Below are positions 1-12,730 of a DNA stretch of 64,000 nt, in pieces (position 1 is the stretch's first letter; each line of letters begins with the position of its first letter). This DNA comes from Eledone cirrhosa (lineage: Eukaryota), in NCBI GenBank assembly GCA_964016885.1, contig OZ024766.1, positions 7,998,001-8,062,000 of the forward strand, written 5' to 3'. A model generated the notes under the pieces. The model saw only the letters and a program-made list of their open reading frames with translations, had not been told where the DNA came from and ran no database searches. The position numbers and the translations under genes are program-made.

Positions 1-702
1 AGGGCCGTGATTTGGTCACCCCCTGCTGACCCACCATTGAGAGGGTGTTATGGTTAAGGGCCTTGAAATGAAGGGCCGTGATTTGGTCACCACTGCTGAC
101 CCACCATTGAGAGGGTGTTATGGTTAAGGGCCGTGATTTGGTCACCACTGCTGACCCACCATCGAGAGGGTGTTATAGTTAAGGGCCTTGAAATGAAGGG
201 CAGTGATTTGGTCACCCCCTGCTGACCCACCATCGAGAGGGTGTTATGGTTAAGGGCCTTGAAATGAAGGGCAGTGATTTGGTCACCCCCTGCTGACCCA
301 CCATTGAGAGGGTGTTATAGTTAAGGGCCTTGAAATGAAGGGCAGTGATTTGGTCACCCCCTGCTGACCCACCATCGAGAGGGTGTTATGGTTAAGGGCC
401 TTGAAATGAAGGGCCGTGATTTGGTCACCCCCTGCTAACCCATCATCGAGAGGGTGTTATGGTTAAGGGTCAGGAGAAGAAGGGCAGTGATTTGGTCACC
501 CTCTGCTGACCCATCATCGAGAGGGTGTTATGGTTAAGGGTCAGGAGAAGAAGGGCAGTGATTTGGTCACCCTCTGCTGACCCATCATCGAGAGGGTGTT
601 ATGGTTAAGGGTCAGGAGAAGAAGGGCAGTGATTTGGTCACCCTCTGCTGACCCACCATCGAGAGCGTGTTATGGTTAAGGGCCAGGAGAAGAAGGGCAG
701 TG
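1..702. repeat. Minisatellite, ~71-bp unit, ~10 copies (runs off window start)
   Basis: The motif gtgatttggtcac recurs at about 7, 78, 133, 203, 274, 345, 416, 487, 558 and 629. Later units switch to a ggtcaggagaagaa variant. Confidence 0.95.
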
Positions 703-914
703 ACCAACGAACAAGAAGGGGAGAGAACTCTTCCTAGTGACTAGACCTGGTAGAAATAGCAGCCAAATCTCTCTCGAGTTACACCTGGCTGTCTTTATGC
801 AAGTACTACACTATAATCAAATATTATGAAGTACTACACTATAATCAAATAACATATATACCAACCCACCGGCTAGAAGTAGAGTAGTTGATTTTATATA
901 TCATCATTATCCAA

Positions 915-1982
915 TCTGGCCATATGGAATTGAAACATGGACGCTTTCATCCAAACAACAAAAGCACCTTGATGGCACCTACACTACTACTACTACTACC
1001 TTGATGGCACCTACACTACTACTACTACTACCACCTTGATGGCACTTACCCTTGCCTGCTGAACATAAGTTGGCGACATCTGACTTTAAGAGAGATAGAA
1101 GTTGGCCTCCCACACATATCTGTCGTACGTAAAAGGAGAGTAAGATTTGCTGGCCACTGCCATCGTGCCACCTATGAGGCTGTCCCATTAGTGCTATAGA
1201 AACCACAAGCAGTCACTAATAACAGGGGGCACAAGCTCTCCTATCCCAATTTGCTGGCCACTGCCATCGTGCCGCCTCTGAGGCTGTCCCATTAGTGCTT
1301 TGGAAACCACAAGCAGTCACTAATAACAGGGGCACAAGCTCTCCTATCCCAATTTGCTGGCCACTGCCATCGTGCCGCCTATGAGGCTGTCCCATTAGTG
1401 CTATAGAAACCACAAGCAGTCACTAATAACAGGGGCACAAGCTCTCCTATCCCAATTTGCTGGCCACTGCCATCGTGCCGCCTATGAGGCTGTCCCATTA
1501 GTGCTATAGAAACCACAAGCAGTCACTAATAACAGGGGCACAAGCTCTCCTATCCCAATTTGCTGGCCACTGCCATCGTGCCGCCTATGAGGCTGTCCCA
1601 TTAGTGCTATAGAAACCACAAGTAGTCACTAATAACAGGGGCCACAAGCTCTCCTATCCCAATTTGCTGGCCACTGCCATCGTGCCGCCTATGAGGCTGT
1701 CTCATTAGTGCTATAGAAACCACAAGCAGTCACTAATAACAGGGGCCACAAGCTCTCCTATCCCAATTTGCTGGCCACTGCCATCGTGCCGCCTCTGAGG
1801 CTGTCCCATTAGTGCTTTGGAAACCACAAGCAGTCACTAATAACAGGGGCCACAAGCTCTCCTATCTTGATGTCATCTCCAGAGATTCTGGTATTGAAAT
1901 CCAGCATTAGGCAACGGCAATGAACAACAGACCCCCGTGGAGATCAATTGTTGAGTCCAATTCGGCTGAGGCCACCAGATGA
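915..1982 (+). mobile_element. Decayed 3' fragment of an RTE-type LINE with an internal ~103-bp tandem amplification (~7 copies, 1146-1866)
   Basis: Manual translation gives YGIETWTLSSKQQKHLDGTYT...LNISWRH...RVRFAGHCHRA...LSYLDVISRDSG...WRSIVES...TR*, typical of the RTE ORF C-terminus. It is homologous to the fragment at 63432-63859 and contains stops and frameshifts. Confidence 0.8.
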
Positions 1983-1985
1983 TAT

Positions 1986-2150
1986 CATCATCATCATCAT
2001 CATCGTTTAAAGTCCATTTTCCACATTAGCATGGGTTAGATGAGCTGTCCTCTTGTGAGAGACCCAGGTTGGAAGTTCATGTTTTGCTCACACAGAACTG
2101 ATTTTAGTTTGGTTTCTACAGCTGGGTGTCCTTCTTAACACCAACCACTT
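1986..2150 (-). mobile_element. 3' part of a SINE (ATG-repeat tail, aagggcatccagc-type core)
   Basis: The (cat)n-cgtttaa tail and tttctacagctgggtgtccttcttaacaccaacc are shared with other SINE copies in the window. Confidence 0.7.
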
Positions 2151-3285
2151 TACAGTGTGGGCTGGATGCTTTTTGTCATGACACCTACATGACCACTTTA
2201 CAGTGTGGACTGGGTGCTTTTTGTTGTGACACCTACATGACCACTTTACAGTGTGGACTGGATGCTTTTTGTCATGACACCTACATGACCACTTTACAGT
2301 GTGGACTGGGTGCTTTTTGTCGTGACACCTACATGACCACTTTACAGTGTGGACTGGGTGCTTTTTGTCATGACACCTACATGACCACTTTACAGTGTGG
2401 GCTGGATGCTTTTTGTCATGACACCTACATGACCACTTTACAGTGTGGACTGGGTGCTTTTTGTAATGACACCTACATGACCACTTTACAGTGTGGGCTG
2501 GATGCTTTTTGTCATGACACCTACATGACCACTTTACAGTGTGGACTGGGTGCTTTTTGTCGTGACACCTACATGACCACTTTACAGTGTGGACTGGGTG
2601 CTTTTTGTCATGACACCTACATGACCACTTTACAGTGTGGGCTGGATGCTTTTTGTCATGACACCTACATGACCACTTTACAGTGTGGACTGGGTGCTTT
2701 TTGTAATGACACCTACATGACCACTTTACAGTGTGGGCTGGATGCTTTTTGTCATGACACCTACATGACCACTTTACAGTGTGGGCTGGATGCTTTTTGT
2801 CATGACACCTACATGACCACTTTACAGTGTGGACTGGGTGCTTTTTGTAATGACACCTACATGACCACTTTACAGTGTGGACTGGGTGCTTTTTGTTGTG
2901 ACACCTACATGACCACTTTACAGTGTGGACTGGGAGCTTTTTGTAATGACACCTACATGACCACTTTACAGTGTGGACTGGGTGCTTTTTGTAATGACAC
3001 CTACATGACCACTTTACAGTGTGGACTGGGTGCTTTTTGTTGTGACACCTACATGACCACTTTACAATGTAGACTGGATGCTTTTTGCCATGACACCTAC
3101 ATGACCACTTTACAGTGTGGACTGGGAGCTTTTTGTTGTGACACCTACATGACCACTTTACAGTGTGGACTGGGAGCTTTTTGTTGTGACACCTACATGA
3201 CCACTTTACAGTGTGGACTGGGAGCTTTTTGTTGTGACACCTACATGACCACTTTACAGTGTGGACTGGGTGCTTTTTGTCGAGA
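2145..3285. repeat. 48-bp SINE-derived minisatellite, ~24 copies
   Basis: Unit ccactttacagtgtggactgggtgctttttgtcatgacacctacatga. It explains the repetitive ORFs 2126..3394 and 2088..3431. Confidence 0.95.
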
Positions 3286-3299
3286 CATTCATGAGCATT

Positions 3300-3330
<31 letters not shown>

Positions 3331-3448
3331 CCTTCGTTATATATATGTGTATATAGATAAAGATAGATGTGAGGGAGAGAACACTTCCTGGTAGCTAGAC
3401 CTGTTAGAAATAGCAGCCAAATCTCCCTCAAATTACACCTGACTGTCT

Positions 3449-3518
<70 letters not shown>

Positions 3519-3652
3519 CCAATGAGGGAAATAACTCTAAGTAGCTAGACATGTTAGAAATAGCAGCCAAATTTCCGTCAAATCACATCCTACTGTCTTA
3601 TATATGTGTGTGTGTGTATGTCTATATATATATATGTGTGTGTGTGTATGTC

Positions 3653-3704
<52 letters not shown>

Positions 3705-3989
3705 ACCTACTGCGAGAGACCTCTACATGGTAGCTAGACCTGTTAGAAATAGCAGCCAGATCTGCCTCAAATCACACACTGAAGGATACATTGGAGAATG
3801 TTGACACTGATGGGGTGGGCTTTGAAATAGGGTCAGGGCTGACCTAGGGCTAAACAATAATGAAACGTGCCTCACTCACCTTACCATTCACTTCCACCTC
3901 TTTCTATCACATTGTATATGGTATGGTACGGTTGGTTGGTTGTTCGGTCATACATGACTGCATGAATGGATGCTAGCCACTACATCACA

Positions 3990-4610
3990 TTACATAGTGG
4001 TTCGTTGGTTGTTTGGTGGTCACACATAAATGAATGCCACTACATCACTTCATTTTTGGTTGCTTGTCGTGCATGAATGAATGCCACTGCATCACATCAC
4101 ATCACGGTTGGTTGGTTGTGACACAGGAATGAATGCCACTACATCACATTACATCACAGTTGGTTGGTTGTGACACAGGAATGAATGCCACTACATCACA
4201 TTACATAGTGGTTGGTTGCTTGTCGTGCATGAATGCCACTACATCACATTACATCACAGTTGGTTGGTTGTGACACAGGAATGAATGCCACTACATCACG
4301 GTTGGTTGGTTGTGACACAGGAATGAATGCCACTACATCACATTACATCACGGTTGGTTGGTTGTGACACAGGAATGAATGCCACTACATCACATTACAT
4401 CACGGTTGGTTGGTTGTGACACAGGAATGAATGCCACTACATCACAGTTGGTTGGTTGTGACACAGGAATGAATGCCACTACATCACATCACATCATGGT
4501 TGGTTGGTTGTGACACAGGAATGAATGCCACTACATCACATTACATTACAGTTGGTTGGTTGTGACACAGGAATGAATGCCACTACATCACATCACATTA
4601 TATTACATCT
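3990..4610. repeat. Minisatellite, ~40-52-bp unit (ggttggttggttgtgacacaggaatgaatgccactacatcacattacatcac)
   Basis: Direct tandem copies are visible. Confidence 0.9.
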
Positions 4611-4842
4611 TAAGTTAGCAGCGTGTTGTGGGAAATCTTTCTCTCTTTGATTGCTTCTACTATATAGCGTGTGTATATATATATGTATATATAGTTGTGT
4701 ATATATATATATGTATATATGTATATAGTCATATATATGTATATAGTCATGTGTGTGTATATATATGTATATAGTCATGTGTGTGTATATATATGTATAT
4801 AGTCATGTGTGTGTATATATATGTATATAGTCATGTGTGTGT

Positions 4843-5042
4843 NNNNNNNNNNNNNNNNNNNNNNNNNNNNNNNNNNNNNNNNNNNNNNNNNNNNNNNNNN
4901 NNNNNNNNNNNNNNNNNNNNNNNNNNNNNNNNNNNNNNNNNNNNNNNNNNNNNNNNNNNNNNNNNNNNNNNNNNNNNNNNNNNNNNNNNNNNNNNNNNNN
5001 NNNNNNNNNNNNNNNNNNNNNNNNNNNNNNNNNNNNNNNNNN
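4843..5042. other. Assembly gap (200 N)
   Basis: Run of N. Confidence 1.
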
Positions 5043-5921
5043 CCATGACTTTCTGAAACATTTTTTCACGCTCAGAGTTGCTGAAGCATGGAACAAACTA
5101 CCTGCATTGGCTTTTAGCTGTCGAGACACTGCATCCTTTAAAACCTCCATGGAACAAACTACCTGCATCGGCTATTAGCTGTCGAGACACCTGCATCCTT
5201 TAAAACATCCATGAAACAAACTACCTGCATCAGTTGTTAGCTGTCGAGACACTGCATCCTTTAAAACCTCCATGAAACAAACTACCTGCATCAGTTGTTA
5301 GCTGTCGAGACACTGCATCCTTTAAGGCCTCCATGGAACAAATTACCTGCATCGGCTATTAGCTGTCGAGACACTGCATCCTTTAAAACCTCCATGAAAC
5401 AAACTGCCAGCATCAGTTGTTAGCTGTCGAGACACTGCATCCTTTAAAACCTCCATGAAACAAACTACCTGCATCAGTTGTTAGCTGTCGAGACACTGCA
5501 TCCTTTAAGGCCTCCATGGAACAAACTACCTGCATCGGCTTTTAGCTGTCGAGACACTGCATCCTTTAAGGCCTCCATGGAACAAATTACCTGCATCGGC
5601 TATTAGCTGTCGAGACACTGCATCCTTTAAAACCTCCATGGAACAAACTACCTGCATCAGTTGTTAGCTGTCGAGACACAGCATCCTTTAAAACCTCCAT
5701 GGAACAAACTACCTGCATCAGTTGTTAGCTGTCGAGACACTGCATCCTTTAAAACCTCCATGGAACAAACTACCTGCATCAGTTGTTAGCTGTCGAGACA
5801 CTGCATCCTTTAAAACCTCCATGGAACAAAACTACCTGCATCAGTTGTTAGCTGTCGAGACACTGCATCCTTTAAAACCTCCATGGAACAAACTACCTGC
5901 ATCAGTTGTTAGCTGTCGAGA
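5043..5921 (+). repeat. CR1/L2-like LINE C-terminal remnant expanded into a 61-bp minisatellite (~14 copies)
   Basis: The translation HDFLKHFFTLRVAEAWNKLP(A)..SCRDTASFKTS resembles the CR1-group FFxxRVxxxWNxLP motif. Unit ctgcatcctttaaaacctccatggaacaaactacctgcatcagttgttagctgtcgagaca. Confidence 0.85.
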
Positions 5922-6010
5922 CCTCGGCGGGATTTGAACTCAGATCGTAAAGGGACGTAACTATGCTGGAAAGCATGGCGTCCGACCCTCTACCGATACT
6001 GCCAATCCAC
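5921..6010 (-). mobile_element. tRNA-derived head of the second (MetaSINE-like) SINE family
   Basis: Near-identical to the head at 50218-50307. The reverse complement has an A-box (tggcagtatcgg) and a B-box (gagttcaaatcc). Confidence 0.75.
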
Positions 6011-6093
6011 CCTTGCAAGCAGGGAAAATGAAATGAAATGAATATATAGTGACGAAACATAAGTCAATTGCATGAACTCATAATCCTTTATTT

Positions 6094-6149
6094 ACTGCTA
6101 TATATATTTCGATGATAGCCATTGAATGACTATGACCTCATCAGGCAGT
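6094..6149 (-). ncRNA. Minimal type I hammerhead ribozyme (family B, element ~6047-6213)
   Basis: RC reads ACUGC-CUGAUGA-GGUCAUAGUCAU UCA AUGGCUAUCAUC-GAAA-UAUAUA-UA-GCAGU, then AAAUAAA. Stems I and II pair, with a C·C at stem II position 4. Confidence 0.85.
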
Positions 6150-6220
6150 TAGTCAGTTCTTAGATATGCCAGCTCTGTGTTTATAGTGTTGATGGTATCA
6201 GAGCCTTAGGACATATATAT

Positions 6221-6419
6221 TAGACCTCACACCATCCAGTCCAACACCCTAACTACTAGACCTCACACCATCCAGTCCAACACCCTAACCACTAGACCTC
6301 ACACCATCCAGTCCAACACCCTAACCACTAGACCTCACACCAACCAGTCTAACACCCTAACCACTAGACCTCACACCATCCAGTCCAACACCCTAACCAC
6401 TAGACCACACACCATCCAG
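6221..6419. repeat. 36-bp minisatellite (tagacctcacaccatccagtccaacaccctaaccac), ~5.5 copies
   Basis: Direct tandem copies. The RC gtggttagggtgttggac resembles a tRNA-SINE head. Confidence 0.9.
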
Positions 6420-6444
6420 ATATATATATATATATATATATATA

Positions 6445-6660
6445 ACTCAGTCCACGCTGTAATGTGGCCGTGTAAAAAGTTCCCAGTTCCACACTGTAAA
6501 CGTGGTTGGTGTTAGGTAGGGCATCCAGCCGTAGAAAACCTGCCAGACAGTCCTATATGAGCGAGACACGGTCACCCGACTAACCTTGCCTCAAGTGGCA
6601 CAACTTCCGTCTAACCCATGTTAATGTGGAAGATGGACGTTAAACGATGATGATGATGAT
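6445..6660 (+). mobile_element. SINE 3' part
   Basis: Core ggttggtgttaggtagggcatccagccgtagaaa and tail ggacgttaaac(gat)n. Confidence 0.75.
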
Positions 6661-6855
6661 ATATATATATTCAGTGAAAGAGTCAGGAATAACATGGTCG
6701 GCTGTACAAAAAGGGTTTTATTTACAGTATTTACACTATCCATAGTACAGGGTACTCACAACCTCTAACTGGATTACCTAAAACGATAACTTGTTATCCC
6801 ATATATATATATATATATATATATAGTTATGTAATAAACAACATAAGGCAATTAT

Positions 6856-6913
6856 TCCATTTACCAGTGGTTTCTTAAAAGCAAAAAAATTTGCTTTCAA
6901 TCATCAGAATGAA
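6856..6913 (-). ncRNA. Minimal type I hammerhead ribozyme (family D, element ~6826-6947)
   Basis: RC reads UUCAUU-CUGAUGA-UUGAAAGCAAA UUUU UUUGCUUUUAA-GAAA-CCACUGG-UA-AAUGGA. All three stems pair and the cleavage triplet is GUA. Confidence 0.8.
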
Positions 6914-7340
6914 AAAATCCTGGTGTATTTATTGATATTGGATTCTATATATATATATATAAACTCGTAGAGCAAATATTTATTATAAGAACAAATTAAA
7001 GTTTAAGCAAAGAATCATTAAGGGTGAAAGCAGCGATTCTTTGCTTAAAATTTAATCTGTTCTTATACTATACATATATATATATATATAAGCGTACTAA
7101 AATATTGGTACCCTAGAAATACCGTATAATAAAATAAATATGGTTTTATAAAGATATTTTTTCCATTTATTAATATTATTGATATTAATGATACTCCAGA
7201 TAAAAACTGTTGAGTGCTTCTAATCTGTTGTCAAATTAACTTTGTTGAATAATCAACAAACCAGATAACTCATTGTTGATATATATAAAGATTGAAGCAT
7301 ATTCTATATTACATATATGATTGGCACTATATATATATAT

Positions 7341-7470
7341 ATCATCATCATTTCATTTTACGTCCGCTTTTCCCTGCTTGCAAGGGTGGGACGGAAACTG
7401 ATGCTGGCTTGATTTCTACAGCTGGATGCCCTTCCTAACACCAACCTCATTTACAGTGAGTGCTGGGTGC
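7341..7470 (-). mobile_element. SINE 3' part
   Basis: ttttacgtccgcttttccctgcttgcaagggtgggacgg...gctggatgcccttcctaacacc matches the full copies. Confidence 0.8.
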
Positions 7471-8080
7471 AGGAAAGAATCTCTGAATTGAGGGATCACA
7501 GCTCTGATACTACAGACATGTGGTTAGAATGTCTCAGGAAAGAATCTCTGAATTGAGAGATCACGGCTCTGATACTACAGACATGTGGTTAGAATGTCTC
7601 AGGAAAGAATATCTGAATTGAGGGATCACAGCTCTGAGACTATGGACATGTGGTTAGAATGTCTCAGGAAAGAATCTCTGAATTGAGAGACCACAGCTCT
7701 GATACTACAGACATGTGGTTAGAATGTCTCAGAAAAGAATCTCTGAATTGAGAGACCACAGCTCTGATACTACAGACATGTGGTTAGAATGTCTCAGGAA
7801 AGAATCTCTGAATTGAGAGACCACAGCTCTGATACTACAGACATGTGGTTAGAATGTCTCAGGAAAGAATCGTTGGACAGATTTTACAGACAAAACCAAC
7901 TGGCAGGAGACCCAGAGGTAGACCCCGAGCAAGATGGTTGGATAACATCCATTAGCTTGGCTGGCCTTGTTTGGGGATCCAGCCAGATCAGTTGGAGATG
8001 GTTGCTTCTGACAGGACCCACTGGAGGGAGTGTTTGAGGACTCTGTCCCCACAACCCTTTCAGGAATAAATGGGAGAAGA
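7470..8080 (+). mobile_element. RTE-type LINE 3' remnant with a 65-bp tandem amplification (6+ copies, 7470-7871)
   Basis: The unit encodes IERSQL.YY.HVVRMSQERI and continues ...KPTGRRPRGRPRARWLDNI...DRTHWRECL, containing the RTE GH-VxRM and RGRP motifs. Confidence 0.8.
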
Positions 8081-8587
8081 AAAGACTTTTGACTATATCA
8101 CTCTAAAAAAAAAAAAAACCCAAGGTGATGCTAAGTTTTCAGCTGCTATTTCTAGCATATCTGCTGCCTGTTGGTGGCCTGGTCATTAATTCCTAGGACT
8201 CAATGTAATTGGCTATGTTCCTTCTCCCCCCTCCTCTCCATCTCTCTCCCCCTCCTCTCCATCGCTCTCCCCACCCCTCCCCTCCATCTCTCTCCCCTTC
8301 CATCTTCCCTCTCCTCCATCTTCCCCACCTATCCTCCTTCCCCCTCAAAGATATTTGGCTGTGTGCCAACCTTTATCTCGGTTAATGCTTCCATTAAACT
8401 CTGTGTCTTGAAGTGTTTAATGGGTTACCTCCCTTCATTTTTTTTTTTTTCTAGAGTTGGTACCCCTGCCAACAGAGGTTGGCTTGGTATTTAAAACCCT
8501 TAAGGGGCCAGGGCATGACTGTTAGCTCCCTGGCTGGGCCCCTCCCCTCCCCTTGGCTCTTGGGTGTTTCTGGCTGCTTCCGTTTGT

Positions 8588-9560
8588 CCCTTTGATGTAT
8601 TCCACCGCACTACAGCTGACATTGAGGGCTGGGTCCTCACTACAGCTCACAACAAGAGCTTTGTCCCCACAGCAGCTGACATGGAGGGCCGGGGTCCCCA
8701 CAACAGCTGACATTCAAGAGCTGGATCCTCACTACAGCTGACATTGAGGGCTGGGTCCTCACTACAGCTCACAACAAGAGCTTTGTCCCCACAGCAGCTG
8801 ACATTCAAGGGCCGGGTCCCCACAACAGCTGACATTCAAGAGCTGGGTCCTCACTACAGCTGACATTCAAGAGCTGCTCCTCACGACAGCTGACATTGAG
8901 GGCTGGGTCCTCACGACAGCTGACATTGAGGGCTGGGTCCTCACTACAGCTGACATTCAAGAGCTGGGTCCCCACAGCAGCTGATATTCAAGAGCTGGGT
9001 CCTCACTACAGCTGACATTCAAGGGCTGGGTCCCCACAACAGCTGACATTGAGAGCTGGGTCCTCACTACAGCTGACATTCAAGAGCTGGGTCCTCACTA
9101 CAGCTGACATTCAAGAGCTGGGTCCTCACGACAGCTGACATTCAAGAGCTGCTCCCCACAACAGCTGACATTGAGGGCTGGGTCCTTACTACAGCTGACA
9201 TTGAGGGCTGGATCCTCACAACAGCTGACATTGAGGGCTGGGTCCTCACTACAGCTGACAATCAAGAGCCGGGTCCTCACTACAGCTGACAATCAAGAGC
9301 CGGGTCCTCACTACAGCTGACATTGAGGGCTGGGTCCTCACTACAGCTGACAATCAAGAGCCGGGTCCTCACTACAGCTGACAATCAAGAGCCGGGTCCT
9401 CACTACAGCTGACATTGAGGGCTGGGTCCTCACAACAGCTGACAATGAGGGCTGGGTCCTCAATACAGCTCACAACAAGAGCTGGGTCCCCACAAAAGTT
9501 GACATGACAATCAAGAGCCGGGTCCTCACTACAGCTGACATTCAAGAGCTGGGTCTTCCT
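8588..9560. repeat. 30/31-bp minisatellite (cactacagctgacattgagggctgggtcct), ~30 copies
   Basis: Direct tandem copies, most with CAGCTG. Confidence 0.9.
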
Positions 9561-9749
9561 TCAGGGGCTGTATTAACATATAACTGGGGTTGGCCCTTTC
9601 TGTCACTTTATATATTTCACCCGCACTACAGCTCGCAACCAGAGCTGGGTCCTCCTTCTGGTCCTTAAACAAAAGTGTGGGTGTGTGTGTGTGTGGGGGG
9701 GGGGGGGGGGTTGTGAGCCCCAAAACATACAGATAGACATACATACAGA

Positions 9750-11170
9750 TATATTTCTTTATTAGCCACAGGGGCACAAAAGAAGGGGACAAATACAAAG
9801 GGGGAAGTTTACATACAATAAAAACGTGTAAAATGTTATCACAGATGGAATTTAAAAGTTAGTCGATTTTCCCCAATAGAGGGAGACAGTTTATATGGGT
9901 AACACATACCCCCGAAAAAAATGTGCAACCCTCATCTCCAGGAGTACGAAGAGTTTGTACTCCTTTCCTCTCCTCCTTTTCCTCAACCTACAGGCTGATA
10001 TAGAGAGAAGGCCCATTCACTCGGGCCATTCTCGCCACTTTCACCCACCTTTCATAAAACTTGCTGGGGTACAGCACCTCTCTCTCCATCCTGACTCTTC
10101 TTCCAAAGTGGTATTTGAAAAATAGATAGGTAGATAGAGAGATAGATAACTAGATAGATATGTTTCTTTATTAGCCACAGGGATACAAAAGAAGGGGACA
10201 AATAGATAGATAGGTAGGTAGATAGATAGATAGACAGGTAGGTTGGTAGATAGACAGATAGACATATATATTTCTTTATTTGCCACAAGGGCACACAAGA
10301 AAAGGGGACAATACAAGGACTCATGCCGGGGATTTTACATACAGTCGTGTAAAAATATTGAAACAAACACTTATAACAATCGAAATCCCCAATAGGGGGG
10401 AGGCGCCACAAATAGGTTGTTTAATACCCCCGTAGATATAACAACCCTCAACTTCAGGAACATGTTGTGCAAGTGCTTCTTTCTTCGTTTTGCTCTCTTC
10501 TTTAACCTACAGGTTTATATACAGAGAAGGCCCAATCACTTGGGCCATTCTTGCCACTTTCACCCACCTTTCATAAAACTTGCTGGGGTACAGCACCTCT
10601 CTCTCCTTCCTGACTCTTCTTCCAAAGTGGTATTTGAAAAATAGATAGGTAGATAGAGAGATAGATAACTAGATAGATATGTTTCTTTATTAGCCACAGG
10701 GGTACAAAAGAAGGGGACAAATAGATAGATAGATTAGGTAGGTAGATAGATAGATAGACAGGTAGGTTGGTAGATAGACAGATAGACATATATATTTCTT
10801 TATTTGCCACAAGGGCACACAAGAAAAGGGGACAATACAAGGACTCATGCCGGGGATTTTACATACAGTCGTGTAAAAATATTGAAACAAACACTTATAA
10901 CAATCGAAATCCCCAATAGGGGGGAGGCACCACAAATAGGTTGTTTAATACCCCCGTAGATATAACAACCCTCAACTTCAGGAACATGTTGTGCAAGTGC
11001 TTCTTTCTTCGTTTTGCTCTCTTCTTTAACCTACAGGTTTATATACAGAGAAGGCCCAATCACTCGGGCCATTCTTGCCACTTTCACCCACCTTTCATAA
11101 AACTTGCTGGGGTACAGCACCTCTCTCTCTCCATCCTGACTCTTCTTCCAAAGTGGTATTTGAAAAAAAG
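9750..11170 (-). mobile_element. Three tandem 3' ends of a probable Tx1/L1-clade LINE, including a ~524-bp tandem duplication
   Basis: RC translates FFKYHFGRRVRMEREVLYPSKFYERWVKVARMARVNGPSLYISL*, followed by a 3'UTR ending gtggctaataaagaaa. Duplicated ORFs start at 10417 and 10941. Copies are separated by (GATA)n-like tracts. Confidence 0.55.
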
Positions 11171-11289
11171 AATACATACAGATAGACATACATACATACA
11201 TATATATATACACATACCTGCTACCTACTTTGTCTCATATATATATATATATACACACACTCAAACAATGTATATACTCTTTTAATTTC

Positions 11290-12730
11290 CCTTGCTCTCT
11301 CTTGTCCTTGTTCTCCCTTGCTCTTCTCTCTCTGTCTACCTCCCTCTCTCTCTGTCTACCTCTCTCTGTCTCTCTACCTCCCTCTCTCTCTCTACCTCCC
11401 TCTCTCTCTCTTCTCTCTCCGTTGCTCTCTCTGTCTCACTCTCTCTGTCTCACACTCTCTCTTATTCTCTGTCTCTCTGTCTCTCTCCCTTGCTCTCTCT
11501 GTCTCTCTCCCTTGCTCTCTCTGTCTCTGTCTCACTCTCTCTCTTATTCTCTGTCTCTCTGTCTCTCTTTGTCTCTCTCTGTCTCTCTCATTCTCTCTCT
11601 GTCTCTGTCTCTCTCCCTTGCTCTCTCTGTCTCTGTCTCTCTCCCTTGCTCTCTCTGTCTCTGTCTCACTCTCTCCCTTGCTCTCTCTGTCTCTGTCTCA
11701 CTCTCTCTCTTATTCTCTGTCTCACACTCTCTCTTATTCTCTGTCTCTCTGTCTCTCTCCCTTGCTCTCTCTGTCTCTGTCTCACTCTCTCCCTTGCTCT
11801 CTCTGTCTCTGTCTCACTCTCTCTCTTATTCTCTGTCTCTCTCCCTTGCTCTCTCTGTCTCTGTCTCACTCTCTCCCTTGCTCTCTCTGTCTCTGTCTCA
11901 CTCTCTCTCTTATTCTCTGTCTCTCTGTCTCTCTCCCTTGCTCTCTCTGTCTCTGTCTCACTCTCTCTCTTATTCTCTGTCTCTCTCATTCTCTCACTTG
12001 CTCTCTCTGTCTCTGTCTCACTCTCTCCCTTGCTCTCTCTGTCTCTGTCTCACTCTCTCTCTTATTCTCTGTCTCTCTCCCTTGCTCTCTCTCTCTCTCT
12101 CCCTTGCTCTCTCTGTCTCTGTCTCTCTGTCTCTCTCCCTTGCTCTCTCTGTCTCTGTCTCACTCTCTCTCTTATTCTCTGTCTCTCTCCCTTGCTCTCT
12201 CTCTCTCTCTCCCTTGCTCTCTCTGTCTCTCTCCCTTGCTCTCTCTGTCTCTGTCTCACTCTCTCTCTTATTCTCTGTCTCTCTCCCTTGCTCTCTCTGT
12301 CTCTGTCTCACTCTCTCTTATTCTCTGTCTCTCTCATTCTCTCCCTTGCTCTCTCTGTCTCACTCTCTCCCTTGCTCTCTCTGTCCCTGTCTCACTCTCT
12401 CTTATTCTCTGTCTCTCTCATTTTCTCCCTTGCTCTCTCTGTCTCTGTCTCACTCTCTCCCTTGCTCTCTCTGTCTCTGTCTCACTCTCTCTCTTATTCT
12501 CTGTCTCTCTCCCTTGCTCTCTCTCTCTCTCCCTTGCTCTCTCTGTCTCTGTCTCTCTCATTCTCTCCCTTGCTCTCTCTGTCTCTGTCTCTCTCATTCT
12601 CTCCCTTGCTCTCTCTGTCTCTGTCTCACTCTCTCTCTTATTCTCTGTCTCTGTCTCTCTCATTCTCTCCCCCTTGCTCTCTCTGTTTCTCCATCCATCT
12701 ATCTCCTCTCTCTCTCTCTCTCTCTCTCTC
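11290..12730. repeat. Compound CT-rich simple repeat
   Basis: (ct)n with recurrent cccttgct/cttatt interruptions. Confidence 0.95.

Noticed and set aside
2088-3431. Cys/His-rich repetitive ORFs resembling metallothionein or zinc-finger proteins (also 43000-46500)
   Set aside because: A 48-bp SINE-derived minisatellite; frameshifted units occur in the homologous array.
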